DNA of 64,000 nucleotides from an uncultured Gemmatimonadales bacterium (GCA_963793305.1 CAWBZV010000005.1:320001-384000); one strand, 5' to 3'; counted from the first letter of the stretch, positions 22,462-33,985 are shown. The notes: generated by a model not told the origin, from the sequence alone. Made by a program: numbers and translations.

Positions 22462-22848
22462 TTATCGTCGTGCTTTTCTCGCGACCATGATCTCGGTGGC
22501 CTTGATGACCGCCAGCGCCTCGACACCCTCTGATAGACCAAGTCTTTCGGCTGACGCTTTCGTGATGACCGCGACGACCTCTTGCGGTACGAGCGCGATC
22601 GCGACTTCGATCATGAGCCCGTCAGACCTGAGCGACCGTACACGCCCTCTCAGTTGATTGCGCGCGGAGAGGTCGATACCACCCGAGGCCTCGGCGGGAG
22701 CGGCGAAAATAGCGGCGCTCGGAAAGAGCCACCGACGACCGTGTCGCACCGTCGGCAGCTTGCCCTGCCGCGCCAAGAGTTGCACGCGCTTGATGTGCAT
22801 GTGCAGGAGATCTGCTACCTGGCGCGCCGTTAAGAGATCGTCAGCCAT
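22462..22848 (-). CDS. Excisionase-type HTH + TOBE domain protein (ModE-like oxyanion-responsive regulator)
   Basis: LLTARQVADLL...GRRWLF HTH; LSARNQLRGRV...AVITKASAERLGL...AVIKATEIMV TOBE/Mop motif. Confidence 0.88.
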   Translation of the reverse strand: MADDLLTARQVADLLHMHIKRVQLLARQGKLPTVRHGRRWLFPSAAIFAAPAEASGGIDLSARNQLRGRVRSLRSDGLMIEVAIALVPQEVVAVITKASAERLGLSEGVEALAVIKATEIMVARKARR

Positions 22849-22917
22849 GCCGCACAATAAAGGGTTATGTCCCCATGCCAAGCACTCGCATTCCGGGACC
22901 GGCCCGTGCGTCGTAGT

Positions 22918-23736
22918 ATGGGAAGCAACGTGACGCTCACGTTCTTCTCCATGTGCCTCGCCGCGGCCTCAATGGTCGCGGGTCTGGTCGGCGCCCTCAC
23001 GGGTCTCGGTGGCGGCGTGCTCCTCGTGCCCCTCCTCACGCTCGGCTTCGGGGTCAACGTCCGGTATGCGGCCGGTGCGTCGCTCGTCTCGGTGATCGCG
23101 ACATCATCCGGCGCCGCGGCCACCTATGTGCGCGACGGACTGACCAACATCCGCATTGGAATCTTACTGGAGGTCGCGACGACGCTCGGCGCCGTCGCCG
23201 GCGCGCTCGTCGCCGATCGACTGTCCGCCGGCGTCATCGCCGTGATCTTCGGCGTCGTCCTGCTCGGCTCCGCCGTACGCACGCTCGCGCCGGACGCCGA
23301 ACCCGAGCCCGGGTCGCCGAGTGATCCCCTCGCCGTTCGGCTCCGACTCCATCTCGAAGGCCACTATGCCGTGCAACGGGTCCCACTTGGCTTCGCGATG
23401 ATGGGGATCGCCGGCGTACTCTCGGGATTGCTCGGCATCGGCTCCGGTGCCTTCAAGGTACTGGCCCTGGATCGCGTCATGCGGTTGCCGTTCAAGGTGT
23501 CGACGACGACGAGCAACTTCATGATCGGCGTGACCGCCGCCGCCAGCGCCGGCATCTACCTGCGTCACGGCTACATCAATCCCCCGCTGGTGTGGCCGGT
23601 CATGATCGGTGTGCTGGCGGGGGCGCTCGTCGGGGCGCGCGTGCTGCGCAATGCCCAAGTCGTGGCATTGCGGCGGATCTTCACCGTCGTGATCGTCGTA
23701 CTCGGGATCGAAATGATCCTCAAGGGGGTGTCGTGA
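22918..23736 (+). CDS. Sulfite exporter TauE/SafE (TSUP) family membrane protein
   Basis: GALTGLGGGVLLVP, ASLVSVIATSSGAA, SGLLGIGSG, KVSTTTSNFMIGVTA. Confidence 0.92.
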   Translation: MGSNVTLTFFSMCLAAASMVAGLVGALTGLGGGVLLVPLLTLGFGVNVRYAAGASLVSVIATSSGAAATYVRDGLTNIRIGILLEVATTLGAVAGALVADRLSAGVIAVIFGVVLLGSAVRTLAPDAEPEPGSPSDPLAVRLRLHLEGHYAVQRVPLGFAMMGIAGVLSGLLGIGSGAFKVLALDRVMRLPFKVSTTTSNFMIGVTAAASAGIYLRHGYINPPLVWPVMIGVLAGALVGARVLRNAQVVALRRIFTVVIVVLGIEMILKGVS

Positions 23737-24044
23737 GCTCCCTCGAGCGCACGGTGAGCGTGGCCCTTCGGGGTGGTGTCCTGTTGGCCGCGGTCATCGC
23801 GGGCGTCGGCGGGGTCGCGTATCTCGCCGCCCACGGATCGGAACCCGCGTCGTTCGGCGCGCCGCCGGCACTCCGACCGGTCGGTACGAGCGAGCAGATC
23901 CTCGCCATCGGCGTGCTCGTGATGATCGCGACGCCGGTCCTCCGCGTCGCATTGCTCGTCATCGCGTTCGCGCGTCAGCGCGACGTAGTGTTCGCGGGAC
24001 TCAGCGCGTTCGTGCTCGCCGTGTTGTTGGTCAGCCTCGCGTGA
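23733..24044 (+). CDS. DUF1634-like small membrane protein (usual TSUP partner)
   Basis: GTGA overlap; LRGGVLLAA, GVLVMIATPVLRV. Confidence 0.8.
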   Translation: MSSLERTVSVALRGGVLLAAVIAGVGGVAYLAAHGSEPASFGAPPALRPVGTSEQILAIGVLVMIATPVLRVALLVIAFARQRDVVFAGLSAFVLAVLLVSLA

Positions 24045-24916
24045 GGACCGACACGAAGGCGCGCACCGCGGCCGACCGCTCGCTCCGCATCGTGATCCGA
24101 TGCAATGGCCGCGTGATCTTGAGGTCGGTCAGCTCGAGGACCACGAGCCGCCGTAGCGCGAGCATGTCCTCGATCGCGGCCCGAGACACGACCGAGAGGC
24201 CCACACCAGCGGCGACGATCCGCTTGATTGTCTCGACGCTGTCGGCGGCGAGCGTGCGCTGGGGAACGATGCCGCGCGATGCCAGCACATCCAGCACCGT
24301 CCGCCGCGTACCGGATCCCGGCTCCCGCAGCACGAACATCTCGTGTGCCAGTGCCAATGTGGCGATCGGCGCCTGCGGCGCGAGGGGGTGGGACGGGGCA
24401 CCGATCACGACCAACTCGTCCTGGCGCCACGGCACGATCCGGAGCCGCGGGTCGTCTGGAACGGGCGCCTCGGTCAGCCCGACGTTCGAGCTCGCGGTTG
24501 AGCAGGCCGGTGGCAACGTCCCGCGAGGGGGCGGTGTGGAGAGACACGTCCACCGCGGGATGTCGCGCGTGGAATGCCTGGACGTGCGGCGGTAAGAGGT
24601 ACGTGGCGATGGTCGGGCTGGCGCCGATCCGCAGCGCCCCGGCGCCGATCCCTCGAATCGCGGTGAGCGCCTCCTCGGCCGCCCGGGCCTCGGCGAGAAT
24701 CGTGCGCGCGTGGCCCAGCAGGACGAGCCCCGGTTCTGTCAGGTGCACACCGGCCGGTCCGCGCTCCACCAGGGCGACGCCTGCCTGGTGCTCCAGATCG
24801 CGCACGCTCTTGGACACCGCCGGCTGCGTCAAGCCGAGCTGCGCGGCGGCGCGCGTGAAGCTCCCCTGGTGGGCGACCGCGACGAAGACGCGGAGCAACC
24901 GAAAGCTGAGTGCCAT
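24031..24916 (-). CDS. LysR-family transcriptional regulator, CysL-like (+1 frameshift near 24486)
   Basis: GSFTRAAAQLGLTQPAVS HTH; IGASPTIATYLLP; LREPGSGTR. Confidence 0.88.
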
Positions 24917-24992
24917 AACGAAATGGAATGGCGAGGTAACGGGATTCGCAATTGTGGGCATCCGTTCCCGCCATATAAGCTCCTAAGACCCT

Positions 24993-27900
24993 ATGGTCCG
25001 CTTCGCGTTACGCCAGCCGTACACCGTCGCCGTCCTCTGCGGCGTGTTGATGCTCATGGCCGTGCTGTCGGGACAGCGCATGGCCGTCGACATCTTTCCG
25101 TTGATCGACATCCCGGTCGTGGCCGTCGTCTGGACGTACCCCGGAATGCTGCCGCAGGACATGGAGAGCCGGGTCGTGCTCCTGAGCGAGCGCGGCCTCT
25201 CCTCGACCGTCAACGGCATCTCGCGCATCGAGTCGCAGTCCGAGTACGGCGTGGGTCTGGAAAAGGTGTTCTTCCAGCCCGGCACCAACATCGCCACCGC
25301 CATTGCACAGATCGTCGCCTCGTCGCAGACCGCCATTAAGGCAATGCCACCCGGTATCACGCCGCCCTACGTCATCCAGTCGAACGCGTCGAACGTCCCC
25401 GTCGCGCAGCTGACGCTGTCGTCCGAGACGATGTCCGAGCAGAACATCGCGGACTACGGCCAGAATTTCATCCGACTCCGGCTCTTCACTATCCCCGGGC
25501 TGGCCACGCCGCAGCCGTACGGTGGCAAGATCCGGGAGATCACCGTCGAACGTCGACCCCAAGCTGCTCAATTCGGCTGGCCTGTCGGCCGCCGACGTGC
25601 TCGCGGCGCTGCAGCAGTCGAACATCATCCTGCCGGCGGGGACGGCGCGCATCGGAACGCGCGAGTACGACGTGGCAATGAACTCGTCGCCCTCCAGCGT
25701 CGCCGCGTTCAATGACATCCCGATCAAGGTCGTCAACGGCGCCCTCGTGCGCATCGGTGACGTGGCCCGGGTCCGCGACGGGTTCGCCGAGCAGACGAAC
25801 ATCGTGCGGGTCGACGGGAGGCGCGCCGCCTATTTGAGCATCTTGAAGAAAGCGGACGCCTCGACGTTGTTCGTCGTCGAAGGGACGAAGGCGATGATCC
25901 CGCAGATCAAGGCGGTCGCCCCGCACGGGCTGGAGATCCGGCTCGACTTCGACCAGTCACGGTTCGTCCGGGCCGCGATCAGCGGCGTCATTCGCGAGGC
26001 CGTCACGGCGGCCGTGCTCGTCGCGCTCATGATCCTGGCGTTTCTCGGCAGCTGGCGCAGTGTGGTCATCGCCTGCATCTCGATCCCGCTGGCGATGGCG
26101 ACGGCCGTGATCGGCCTCAACGCGACGGGCAATTCGTTCAATATCATGACGCTGGGAGGCCTTTCCCTGTCCATCGGGCTCCTGGTCGACAACGCCATCG
26201 TGACGATCGAGAACGTCCACCGGAATCGCGCGATGGGGAAGCCGCTGACCGTGGCGATCCTCGACGCGCTCCAGCAGATCGCGACCCCGGTCGTTGTGGC
26301 CACGCTGGCGATCTGCGTCGTCTTCTTCCCGGTCGTCCTGCTGCAAGGACCAGCGCGCTTCCTGTTCATTCCGATCGCGCTCGCGGTCGTGATCGCGATG
26401 CTCGCGTCCTACTTCTTGTCGCGGACGCTCGTGCCGACGCTGGCTCGCATGATGCTCGGTGCCGAGCCCGTGCACGATCCCGAGGGGATCGATACCGGCG
26501 ACGGGGTCGCCCATCCGCCGCCGGCGTCGGGCTTCTGGCATACGTTCAACAACGCGCGCGATCGACACTTCGCGCGATTTCAGCGGGCCTATGCCCGCGC
26601 CCTGACGGTGCTCATCCAGCACCGCTACTTCACGCTCGCGACGTTCGCCCTGGTACTGGTCGCCAGCTTGGGACTCGCTCCCGTCATTGGCCAGGATTTC
26701 TTTCCCGCGACCGACGCCGGCCTCATGAAGCTCCACTTTCGCGCGCCATCCGGTACGCGGATCGAGCACACGGAGCAACTCGTCGCGCAGGTCGAGCAGC
26801 GCATCCGGCACATCATCCCCCCGGCCGAGCTGGGCACGATCAACTCGACGATCGGCATTCCCGGCTCGCTCAACCTGGCGTTCGTGCCCACGAACAACGC
26901 CAGTGGCATGGACGCGGAAATCCTGATCGCGCTCAATCCCAATCACCACCCGACGGCCGGCTATGTCAACCAGATCCGCGCGGCGATCAGCGCGGAGTTT
27001 CCCGGGTCGACCGTGTACTTCCAGACCGCCGATATCGTCGGGCAAGTGCTGAACTTCGGACTCCCGGCGCCGATCGACGTCCAGATCCAGTATCCGGATC
27101 TCGGCCGCGCCTATGAAGTGGCGCGCACGCTGCGCGACCGGATGCGGGAGGTGCCCGGCGCGACCGACGTGACGATCAAACAAGTGCTCGACTATCCGAC
27201 GCTGTACCTCGACGTCGACCGCCAGCGGGCGGCGGAGCTCGGCATCACCCAGCGCGACGCGGCCAACAGCATGCTCATCTCACTCGCCTCGAGCGGTCTC
27301 GTGTCGCCCTCGTACTTCGTCAATCCGGCGAACCAGGTGAGCTACCTCGTGGCGGTCGAGGTCCCGCTGCCGCGCATGACGTCGACACAGGATGTGCTGA
27401 ACACGCCCATCACCGCGGCCGGACATTTCAAGGAGACGCTCCCACCTTGGGCCGTGACCAATCCGCAGCCCCAAGCCCCGGTGCAGACGCTCGACAATAT
27501 CGCGCACATGACCACGACGGCCGCGCCGGCGGAGATCGATCACTACACCGTCGCGCGCGTCCTCGACGTGCTGGCGAACGTCCAAGGGCGCGATCTGGGG
27601 ACCGTTGTCGCCGGTGTCGAGCGGCAGGTCGCCTCACTCGGTACACTGCCTCCCGGCATGCAGATCACGGTGCGTGGGCAGGGCAAGGTCATGAACGATG
27701 CGTTCAGCAATCTCGCGGTTGGATTTATCGTCGCCGTGCTCCTCGTGTTCGCGCTGATGGCCGTCTTGTTCCAGTCGTGGATCGACCCCTTGATCATCAT
27801 GGGCGCCGTGCCGGGCGCCGTGGTCGGCATTCTGTGGATGCTCGTCCTCACCCACACCACGATCAACATTCAGTCGCTGTTGGGCGCGATCATGGCCGTC

Positions 27901-28266
27901 GGTATCGCGGTCGCCAACTCCATCCTCGTCGTCAGCTTCGCCAACGATCAGCGCGTGGAGCGGAGCCTCGAGCCCGAGCAGGCCGCGATCGAGGCCGGTA
28001 AGACCCGCCTGCGTCCGGTGCTCATGACCGCCGGCGCGATGGTACTGGGTATGCTACCGATGGCGATCGGCGCCGGCGAGGGTGGCGAGCAGAACGCGCC
28101 GCTCGGCCGCGCCGTGATCGGCGGTCTCTGCATGGCGACCGTCGTCACGTTGCTCGTCGTCCCCGTCTTGTATACTGTACTCGCCCGGAAGCTCCCGGGA
28201 GCCTATCGCGTCGTGCGGCGGTTCGAGGCCGAATCCCAGGGACTGGAATATCATGAGTACCAGTAG
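24993..28266 (+). CDS. RND efflux permease, AcrB/CusA family (+1 frameshift near 25549)
   Basis: DIFPLIDIPVV, GLLVDNAIVTIEN, QDFFPATDAG, RLRPVLMT, GEQNAPLGRAVIGG. Confidence 0.92.
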
Positions 28267-29377
28267 GTTGTATTTGGGCGGGGCGCTCATCGTACTGGTG
28301 ACGCTTGGCGCGGTGGTGTTCTTGACCGCCGAGCACAAGAGTTCGCTGACCCACGAGACGACTGCCCGTGTCGCCAATGTCGATGCGGGACCCCGGGTCC
28401 AGGTGGTGGCGGCCGAGGCGGGCGGCGGAAACCGCGACCTGGTACTCACCGGCGAGTCACGGCCCTATTTCTCGGCCACGCTGTACTCCAAGGTCAGCGG
28501 TTATCTCACCACCGTGCGGGTTGATAAGGGGGACCGGGTCCACACCGGCAATGTGCTCGCAGTCGTCGAGTCGCCCGAGACCGACGAGTCGTATGCGTCC
28601 GCGCTTGCCGATGCCAAAAACAAACGCGAGATCGCCGACCGCGATGCCCAGCTTATTGCACGCAAGCTGATCGCGCCCGAAGAAGCCCAGACTGCGGAGG
28701 CGGACGCGGCCGAGGCCGAGGCCCACGCGCGCGCGCTGAGCACGCTCAAGGGTTACGAGGTCATCAAGGCGCCCTTTGACGGCGTGATCACCGCGCGCTA
28801 CGCGGACCCGGGCGCCCTCATGCAGAATGCGCAGACCTCGCAGACGAGCGCGCTGCCCGTCGTTGCCGTCGGCCAGATCGATTCGTTGCGGATTTTCATC
28901 TACGTCGACCAGGCCGATGCCGCGGATGTGCAGCGCGGCTCGCGGGTGACGATCGTGGATCCGTCGCATCCTGGCCCGCTGATCCATGCCCGTGTCACCC
29001 GGTACACCGGAGAGCTGGATCCCGCGACCCGCACGCTCCTCGCCGAGATCAACGTCCCCAACGCCAAGCACCAAGTCGTGGCGGGCAGCATCCTGCAGGT
29101 GACGCTGGAGGTGCACTCGGTGCCGTATGTCCGCGTGCCGGCCGAGGCGGTATTCGCGCGCGGCTTCAAGAACTTCGTCGCCACCGTCACACCGACCAAT
29201 CAGATCGCCTTCCGCGAGGTACATGTCGTCGACAACGACGGCCTGACCGTGCGCCTAGCCCCCGGCGATCTCAGTCCCGGCGACCGGGTCGCGCTCAACC
29301 TTGGCGACTCGGTCCCCGATAGTCAACGCGTGCAGCCGATCGGCGAACCCTCGCCAGCAAGCCGCGCCGGCACGTAG
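28253..29377 (+). CDS. RND periplasmic adaptor (membrane fusion protein)
   Basis: SKVSGYL..VRVDKGDRV and IKAPFDGVIT lipoyl half-motifs; LDPATRTL. Confidence 0.93.
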   Translation: MSTSRLYLGGALIVLVTLGAVVFLTAEHKSSLTHETTARVANVDAGPRVQVVAAEAGGGNRDLVLTGESRPYFSATLYSKVSGYLTTVRVDKGDRVHTGNVLAVVESPETDESYASALADAKNKREIADRDAQLIARKLIAPEEAQTAEADAAEAEAHARALSTLKGYEVIKAPFDGVITARYADPGALMQNAQTSQTSALPVVAVGQIDSLRIFIYVDQADAADVQRGSRVTIVDPSHPGPLIHARVTRYTGELDPATRTLLAEINVPNAKHQVVAGSILQVTLEVHSVPYVRVPAEAVFARGFKNFVATVTPTNQIAFREVHVVDNDGLTVRLAPGDLSPGDRVALNLGDSVPDSQRVQPIGEPSPASRAGT

Positions 29378-29383
29378 TCCCCT

Positions 29384-30784
29384 ATGCGACATCGATCGTC
29401 ACTCCGCGCCTTGGCCCTGGGTGCCTGCCTATGGCCCGTCCTCGCGCTCGGACAAGCGCCGCCGGCGCAGCCCGAGAGCTTGTTTCTCACCCTGGACAGC
29501 GCCGTGGCGATCGGCGTCAAAGGCGCGACCCCAGTGCTCCAGGCGCAGGATATCTCCCGCCTGTCGGGAACGCTCGTGCTCGAGCGGTACGCGCAGTTCC
29601 TGCCCGATCTCCGCACGGGCGGCCTGTTCGACCAGTACTCAGGCAACCTGCTCCTGAGCCAGCGCGACATCCATCCGACCGACACGCGGTTTCGCGAGCT
29701 CGGGTACCACGTGTCGTCGAGCCTCAACCTGTTCAATGGGTTCGCCAACGTCGCCGGCGTCAAAGCGGCGCTGGCGACGCGAACCGCGGCCGACCTGACG
29801 CTCACCCGCGCGCGACAGACGATCGCGCTCGATGTGACTCAAGCCTACCTCGGCGTCACCCTCGATCAGCAATTGGTGACGATCGCGCGGCAGAACCTCG
29901 CCGCGTCCCAACTGCGTGTGGTGCAGCTCCAGGAGCTGGTACGGGTCGGCAAACGCCCGCCCGCCGACCTCTATCGGCAGCAAGCGCAAGCCGCCGCCGA
30001 CCTGTCGGCGTTGGAGGATGCCATCAACCGCGTCCAAGCCGACGAAGTGGGGTTGTTGGAGCGCATCCGCCTGGACCCCCATTTGCCGGTCCAAATTGTC
30101 GAGCCATCACCCGACACCGCTGCACTCGGCCCGCGCTACACGAACGTCGACGCGCTGGTGCACGACGCGACCGCGCGTCGCGCCGACCTGTTGGCAGCCG
30201 ACGCGAACCTCACGGCGAGCCGGGAGGACATCACGCGTGAACGGAGCGGCTACCTGCCGCGCGTGGATCTGGGTGCCAGCGTCTTCAGCCTCGGGCGGTT
30301 CTTCGACTACGCGAACACGAACGGAACCTCACTCCTGACCGCGCCCCAGACGCCGCTCATAGACCAAGTCGGGCACAACACCACCGGCGAGCTGTGGCTC
30401 GGCCTCAACTGGTATGTGTTCGATCAGTTCCGGACCCGACTGGCCGTGGAGCAGGCCCGCGTCTCGTACGACGCCGCGCAGTACGCCGATCAAGACTTGC
30501 GTCTGGGAGTGGCCGGCGATGTGGTTCGCGCGCTCGCGGACTATCGGACCGCCGTCAATCAGTTCATCGCATCGCGCGCGGGACTCGATGCGGCCCAGCA
30601 GGCATACGATCTGGTCAACGGGAGGTTCGAGGTCGGATTCGCCAGCATCGTCGACGTGACGACCGCGCAAGCCGCGCTCGTGCAAGCCCAATCGCTCCGA
30701 GCCCAGGCGACCTTTAATGTGGCGCTTCGAAAGCGGGCCGTCGGATACGCGTTGGGACTCGATCCGACGGCGCCGCTCCCCTAA
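29384..30784 (+). CDS. TolC family outer membrane factor
   Basis: Signal peptide; SLNLFNGF, YLPRVDL, RFEVGFASIVDV duplicated OEP pattern. Confidence 0.92.
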   Translation: MRHRSSLRALALGACLWPVLALGQAPPAQPESLFLTLDSAVAIGVKGATPVLQAQDISRLSGTLVLERYAQFLPDLRTGGLFDQYSGNLLLSQRDIHPTDTRFRELGYHVSSSLNLFNGFANVAGVKAALATRTAADLTLTRARQTIALDVTQAYLGVTLDQQLVTIARQNLAASQLRVVQLQELVRVGKRPPADLYRQQAQAAADLSALEDAINRVQADEVGLLERIRLDPHLPVQIVEPSPDTAALGPRYTNVDALVHDATARRADLLAADANLTASREDITRERSGYLPRVDLGASVFSLGRFFDYANTNGTSLLTAPQTPLIDQVGHNTTGELWLGLNWYVFDQFRTRLAVEQARVSYDAAQYADQDLRLGVAGDVVRALADYRTAVNQFIASRAGLDAAQQAYDLVNGRFEVGFASIVDVTTAQAALVQAQSLRAQATFNVALRKRAVGYALGLDPTAPLP

Positions 30785-30793
30785 GGAATAGGG

Positions 30794-31813
30794 TTACTTC
30801 TGAGCAGTCTGTATCTGGCTCAGACGCTGGTCGAGCATGGCAACGATGCTCTCGGGCAGCGGAGCGTAGTCGAGCGCCGGCGCCTCTTTCTCGCCATCAT
30901 GAATGGCCCATTTCACGAAATCAATGAGCTTCTTGCCCTTCGTCGCATCGGCGAACGTCTTCGGGATGAGCAGGTACGTGAACGACGAGATCGGATACGC
31001 ATCCCCGCCCGGCGCATTCACGATCGACACGCGGAAATCTGTCGTCGAGGGCAGCTTCGCCGACGCGGCAGCGGCCGTCACCGCGGCGACCGACGGCTCG
31101 ATGAACTTGCCCGAGGCATTCTGCATTGACGCATAGGGCAGCTTGTTCTGGCGAGCATACACCAGCTCGACGTAGCCGATCGCGTACGGCGTCTGCTTAA
31201 CCTGGCCGGCGACGCCTTCGTTGCCCTTACCGCCGATACCCACTGGCCACTGAATTTCCTTGCCCTTGCCAGGCGCCTTGGCCCAATCGGCGCTCACAGC
31301 CGTCAGATAGTCGGTGAAGATATACGTCGTGCCGCTCCCGTCCGAGCGGTGCACGACCAGGATATCGTTGCCCGGCAGCTTGACGCCCGGGTTGAGCGCG
31401 GCGATCGGCGCGGCGTTCCACTTCACGATCGTGCCGAGGAAGATCTTCGCCAGGACATCGCCATTCAGCCGGAGCGCCTTGTCGACGCCGGGCAGGCTGT
31501 ACGTGATGACGACGGCGCCGAGCACGGTCGGAACGTGAAGCACAGGCGTCTTGAGCTTCGCCTGCTCGTCATCGCTCATCGGCGCATCAGACGCGCCGAA
31601 ATCGACCGTGCCCTCGGTCAGCTGGCGAATGCCGCCGCCGGAACCGATCGACTGATAGTTGATCTTGACGCCCGTCTTCGCCGCGTAGTCGGCGAACCAT
31701 TTCGAGTAAATGGGATACGGGAACGTCGCTCCCGCTCCCGTCAAATCGGCACCTTGCGCTGCCGCTACGCTTGCGGCCGCCGCGAAGAGAACGCCGGCTA
31801 GACGAATCGACAC
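30794..31813 (-). CDS. pstS: Phosphate-binding protein PstS, Sec-signal (non-lipoprotein) form
   Basis: Same PstS motifs as 18046-19140; signal peptide ending AAAQ with no Cys. Confidence 0.97.
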   Translation of the reverse strand: MSIRLAGVLFAAAASVAAAQGADLTGAGATFPYPIYSKWFADYAAKTGVKINYQSIGSGGGIRQLTEGTVDFGASDAPMSDDEQAKLKTPVLHVPTVLGAVVITYSLPGVDKALRLNGDVLAKIFLGTIVKWNAAPIAALNPGVKLPGNDILVVHRSDGSGTTYIFTDYLTAVSADWAKAPGKGKEIQWPVGIGGKGNEGVAGQVKQTPYAIGYVELVYARQNKLPYASMQNASGKFIEPSVAAVTAAAASAKLPSTTDFRVSIVNAPGGDAYPISSFTYLLIPKTFADATKGKKLIDFVKWAIHDGEKEAPALDYAPLPESIVAMLDQRLSQIQTAQK

Positions 31814-31840
31814 ATGTCTCTCCGTGAAAGAAGTGCCCGC

Positions 31841-31885
31841 AACTTAGGTGTGGCAGTCTCCGTCGCGGCGTAACGCGTCGGTCAC
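31841..31885 (-). promoter_or_regulatory. Putative PHO-box-like repeat and -10 element upstream of pstS2
   Basis: GTAAC (31870) and GTCAC (31881) 11 bp apart; minus strand TAAGTT at 31841-31846. Confidence 0.5.
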
Positions 31886-33252
31886 GCCGAGGGAAAGAAT
31901 GCTGATACCGTCGTCCCGCGGCCCGGTTGGCTCTCGGCCTTCACGGATCCGCCATGTGCCTCAACGAGATGCCTGACGATGGCCAGTCCCAGGCCCGTGC
32001 CGCCTTCGTCCCGCGAGCGCGCGCGGTCCGCGCGATAGAAGCGCTCGAAAATGCGCGGCAGGTGCTCGGCCGCAATCCCGATGCCCGTATCCTTGACGCC
32101 AACCCACACGCCATTCTCTTCGGGCTCGGTGAATACCGTGACGCGGCCGCTGAAGGTGTGGCGGATGGCGTTCTCCGCCAGGTTGCTCAACACTTGCCGG
32201 AGTGCGGTGGGATCTGCGTACGCCTCGGCCGCATCGTCATGTATCTCGATCTCGAGCGCAACGTTCTTCTCATCGGCAACACTTTTCGCTCGCGCCGTGG
32301 CATCAGCCGCCACCGACGCGACATCGACCATCTGCGGATTTGGCACCCATCCGCCGGACTCGATTCTGGACAAATCGAGGAGATCGTCCACAATGCGCTG
32401 CATCCGTCGCGTATTGGTGAGTATCGTCTCCGCAAACTGCCTCCGTTGCAGAGCGGGCAACGCATCATCGAGGAGCGTCTCGGCAAATCCGCCGACGGAC
32501 GTGAGAGGCGTCTTCAGCTCGTGTGAGACGTTCGCGACAAAATCTCTCCGTATCGTCTCGAGTCGTCGCGTGGGCGTGAGATCGAGCAACGCCAATACCG
32601 CGCCCCCCCGCGCAAGCGGCCGCGCAGAGAGTGATAAGTTGCGCCCGTCGATAAACGTCTCGATCGACTCGGTCACCGTCCCGGCCAGTGCAGCGGCAAC
32701 GGCTTCTCGTAAGACACGCTCTCTCGGGAGCCGATCGAGCGTGAATGGGACGGGATCTCGCACGCGCAATAATCGTTTCCCGATCGCGTTGATGCGCACC
32801 ACGCGCTGCCGCGCATCGATCGCCATGACGCCCTCGTTGAGCGAATCCAGAAGGGCCGTGAGCAGCGATTCTTCTTCTTCGAGCGCCGAGAGTCGGCCGG
32901 AGAGCTGCTCGGCCAGCCGATGGATAGCGATAGCGAGATCGCCGACTTCGCCGGGGGCGCCGAGCGCCGGTCGTCGTGTGAGATCACCGGCGGCCAACGC
33001 GCGCGCCACATCGCGCAACTCGATGACCGGCCTCGTCACCGCCCGCGCGAAGAGAAAGGCGATGGCCGCGGCAATGGCGAGGGCAAAGAACCCGATGACG
33101 TAGACGTCGTCTCGCGCTTCGCGAACGAGGGCTTGGGTCGTGGCGTCAGCGATCCGCGCGTTGAGGCGGTACTCGATGACGCCGACCACGCACGCCACCA
33201 GGACGCTGACGATAATCAGCGATCCTAGCAGCAGACGTTGAGTTAGCCGCAA
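31882..33252 (-). CDS. phoR: PhoR-like sensor histidine kinase (HAMP-PAS-HisKA-HATPase)
   Basis: [44 protein letters not shown]; between phoB and pstS. Confidence 0.88.
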   Translation of the reverse strand: MRLTQRLLLGSLIIVSVLVACVVGVIEYRLNARIADATTQALVREARDDVYVIGFFALAIAAAIAFLFARAVTRPVIELRDVARALAAGDLTRRPALGAPGEVGDLAIAIHRLAEQLSGRLSALEEEESLLTALLDSLNEGVMAIDARQRVVRINAIGKRLLRVRDPVPFTLDRLPRERVLREAVAAALAGTVTESIETFIDGRNLSLSARPLARGGAVLALLDLTPTRRLETIRRDFVANVSHELKTPLTSVGGFAETLLDDALPALQRRQFAETILTNTRRMQRIVDDLLDLSRIESGGWVPNPQMVDVASVAADATARAKSVADEKNVALEIEIHDDAAEAYADPTALRQVLSNLAENAIRHTFSGRVTVFTEPEENGVWVGVKDTGIGIAAEHLPRIFERFYRADRARSRDEGGTGLGLAIVRHLVEAHGGSVKAESQPGRGTTVSAFFPSA

Positions 33253-33268
33253 AGGTAGCCGTTAAAGG

Positions 33269-33985
33269 CTATGCCGTGCGTGTGTGCCCCGCCTTGAGCC
33301 GGTACCCAAAGCCGCGAACAGTCTCGATGAGATCGCCGGCGGCGCCGAGCTTGGTGCGCAGGCGTTGGATGTGCATGTCGACGGTGCGCGTTTGGATGTC
33401 CGGGGCGGCGTCCCACACGGTCTCGAGCAAATGACCCCGCGCCTGCACACGACCGCGACGCTCCGCCAGCGTCAACAGGAGCTTGAACTCCGTCGGCGTC
33501 AGGTCGATGTCGGTGCCTTCGACGCTCACGCGATGCGCCGCGCGGTCGATGTGAATCGGTCCGATGGCGAGGACATCGTTCGTCCCGCCGCCGGCCGCGC
33601 CAACCCGTCGCAGGATCGCGCCGACGCGCAGCACGAGCTCCTGTGGGCTGAACGGCTTCGTGAGGTAGTCATCCGCGCCGAGCGACAGTCCGCGAATACG
33701 ATCCGGCTCATCCTTGCGTGCGGTGAGCATCAGAATCGCGACTTCGCGAGTGCCATCGTCACCGCGGAGCTGCTCCATCACGTCGAAGCCGGAGAGCCCG
33801 GGCAGCATGAGATCCAGCACCACCAGTGCCGGACGTTCTTGGCGGGCGAGTCCCAACGCATCGTACCCGTTGGCCGCCGTGGAAACACGATATCCCGATT
33901 TCGCCAAGTGGTAGGCGACCAGTGCCACGATATCCGGTTCGTCATCGACGACCAGGACTCGTTCGCTGCTAGGCGGCGCGATCAT
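33269..33985 (-). CDS. phoB: PhoB-like OmpR-family response regulator
   Basis: VLVVDDE, LDLMLP, GADDYLTKPF, LTPTEFKLL, RTVDMHIQRLR, TVRGFGY. Confidence 0.88.
   Translation of the reverse strand: MIAPPSSERVLVVDDEPDIVALVAYHLAKSGYRVSTAANGYDALGLARQERPALVVLDLMLPGLSGFDVMEQLRGDDGTREVAILMLTARKDEPDRIRGLSLGADDYLTKPFSPQELVLRVGAILRRVGAAGGGTNDVLAIGPIHIDRAAHRVSVEGTDIDLTPTEFKLLLTLAERRGRVQARGHLLETVWDAAPDIQTRTVDMHIQRLRTKLGAAGDLIETVRGFGYRLKAGHTRTA

Noticed and set aside
22462..22848. Excisionase-like HTH as a sign of a second mobile element
   Set aside because: It is fused to a TOBE domain, a known regulator architecture, and no recombinase is nearby.
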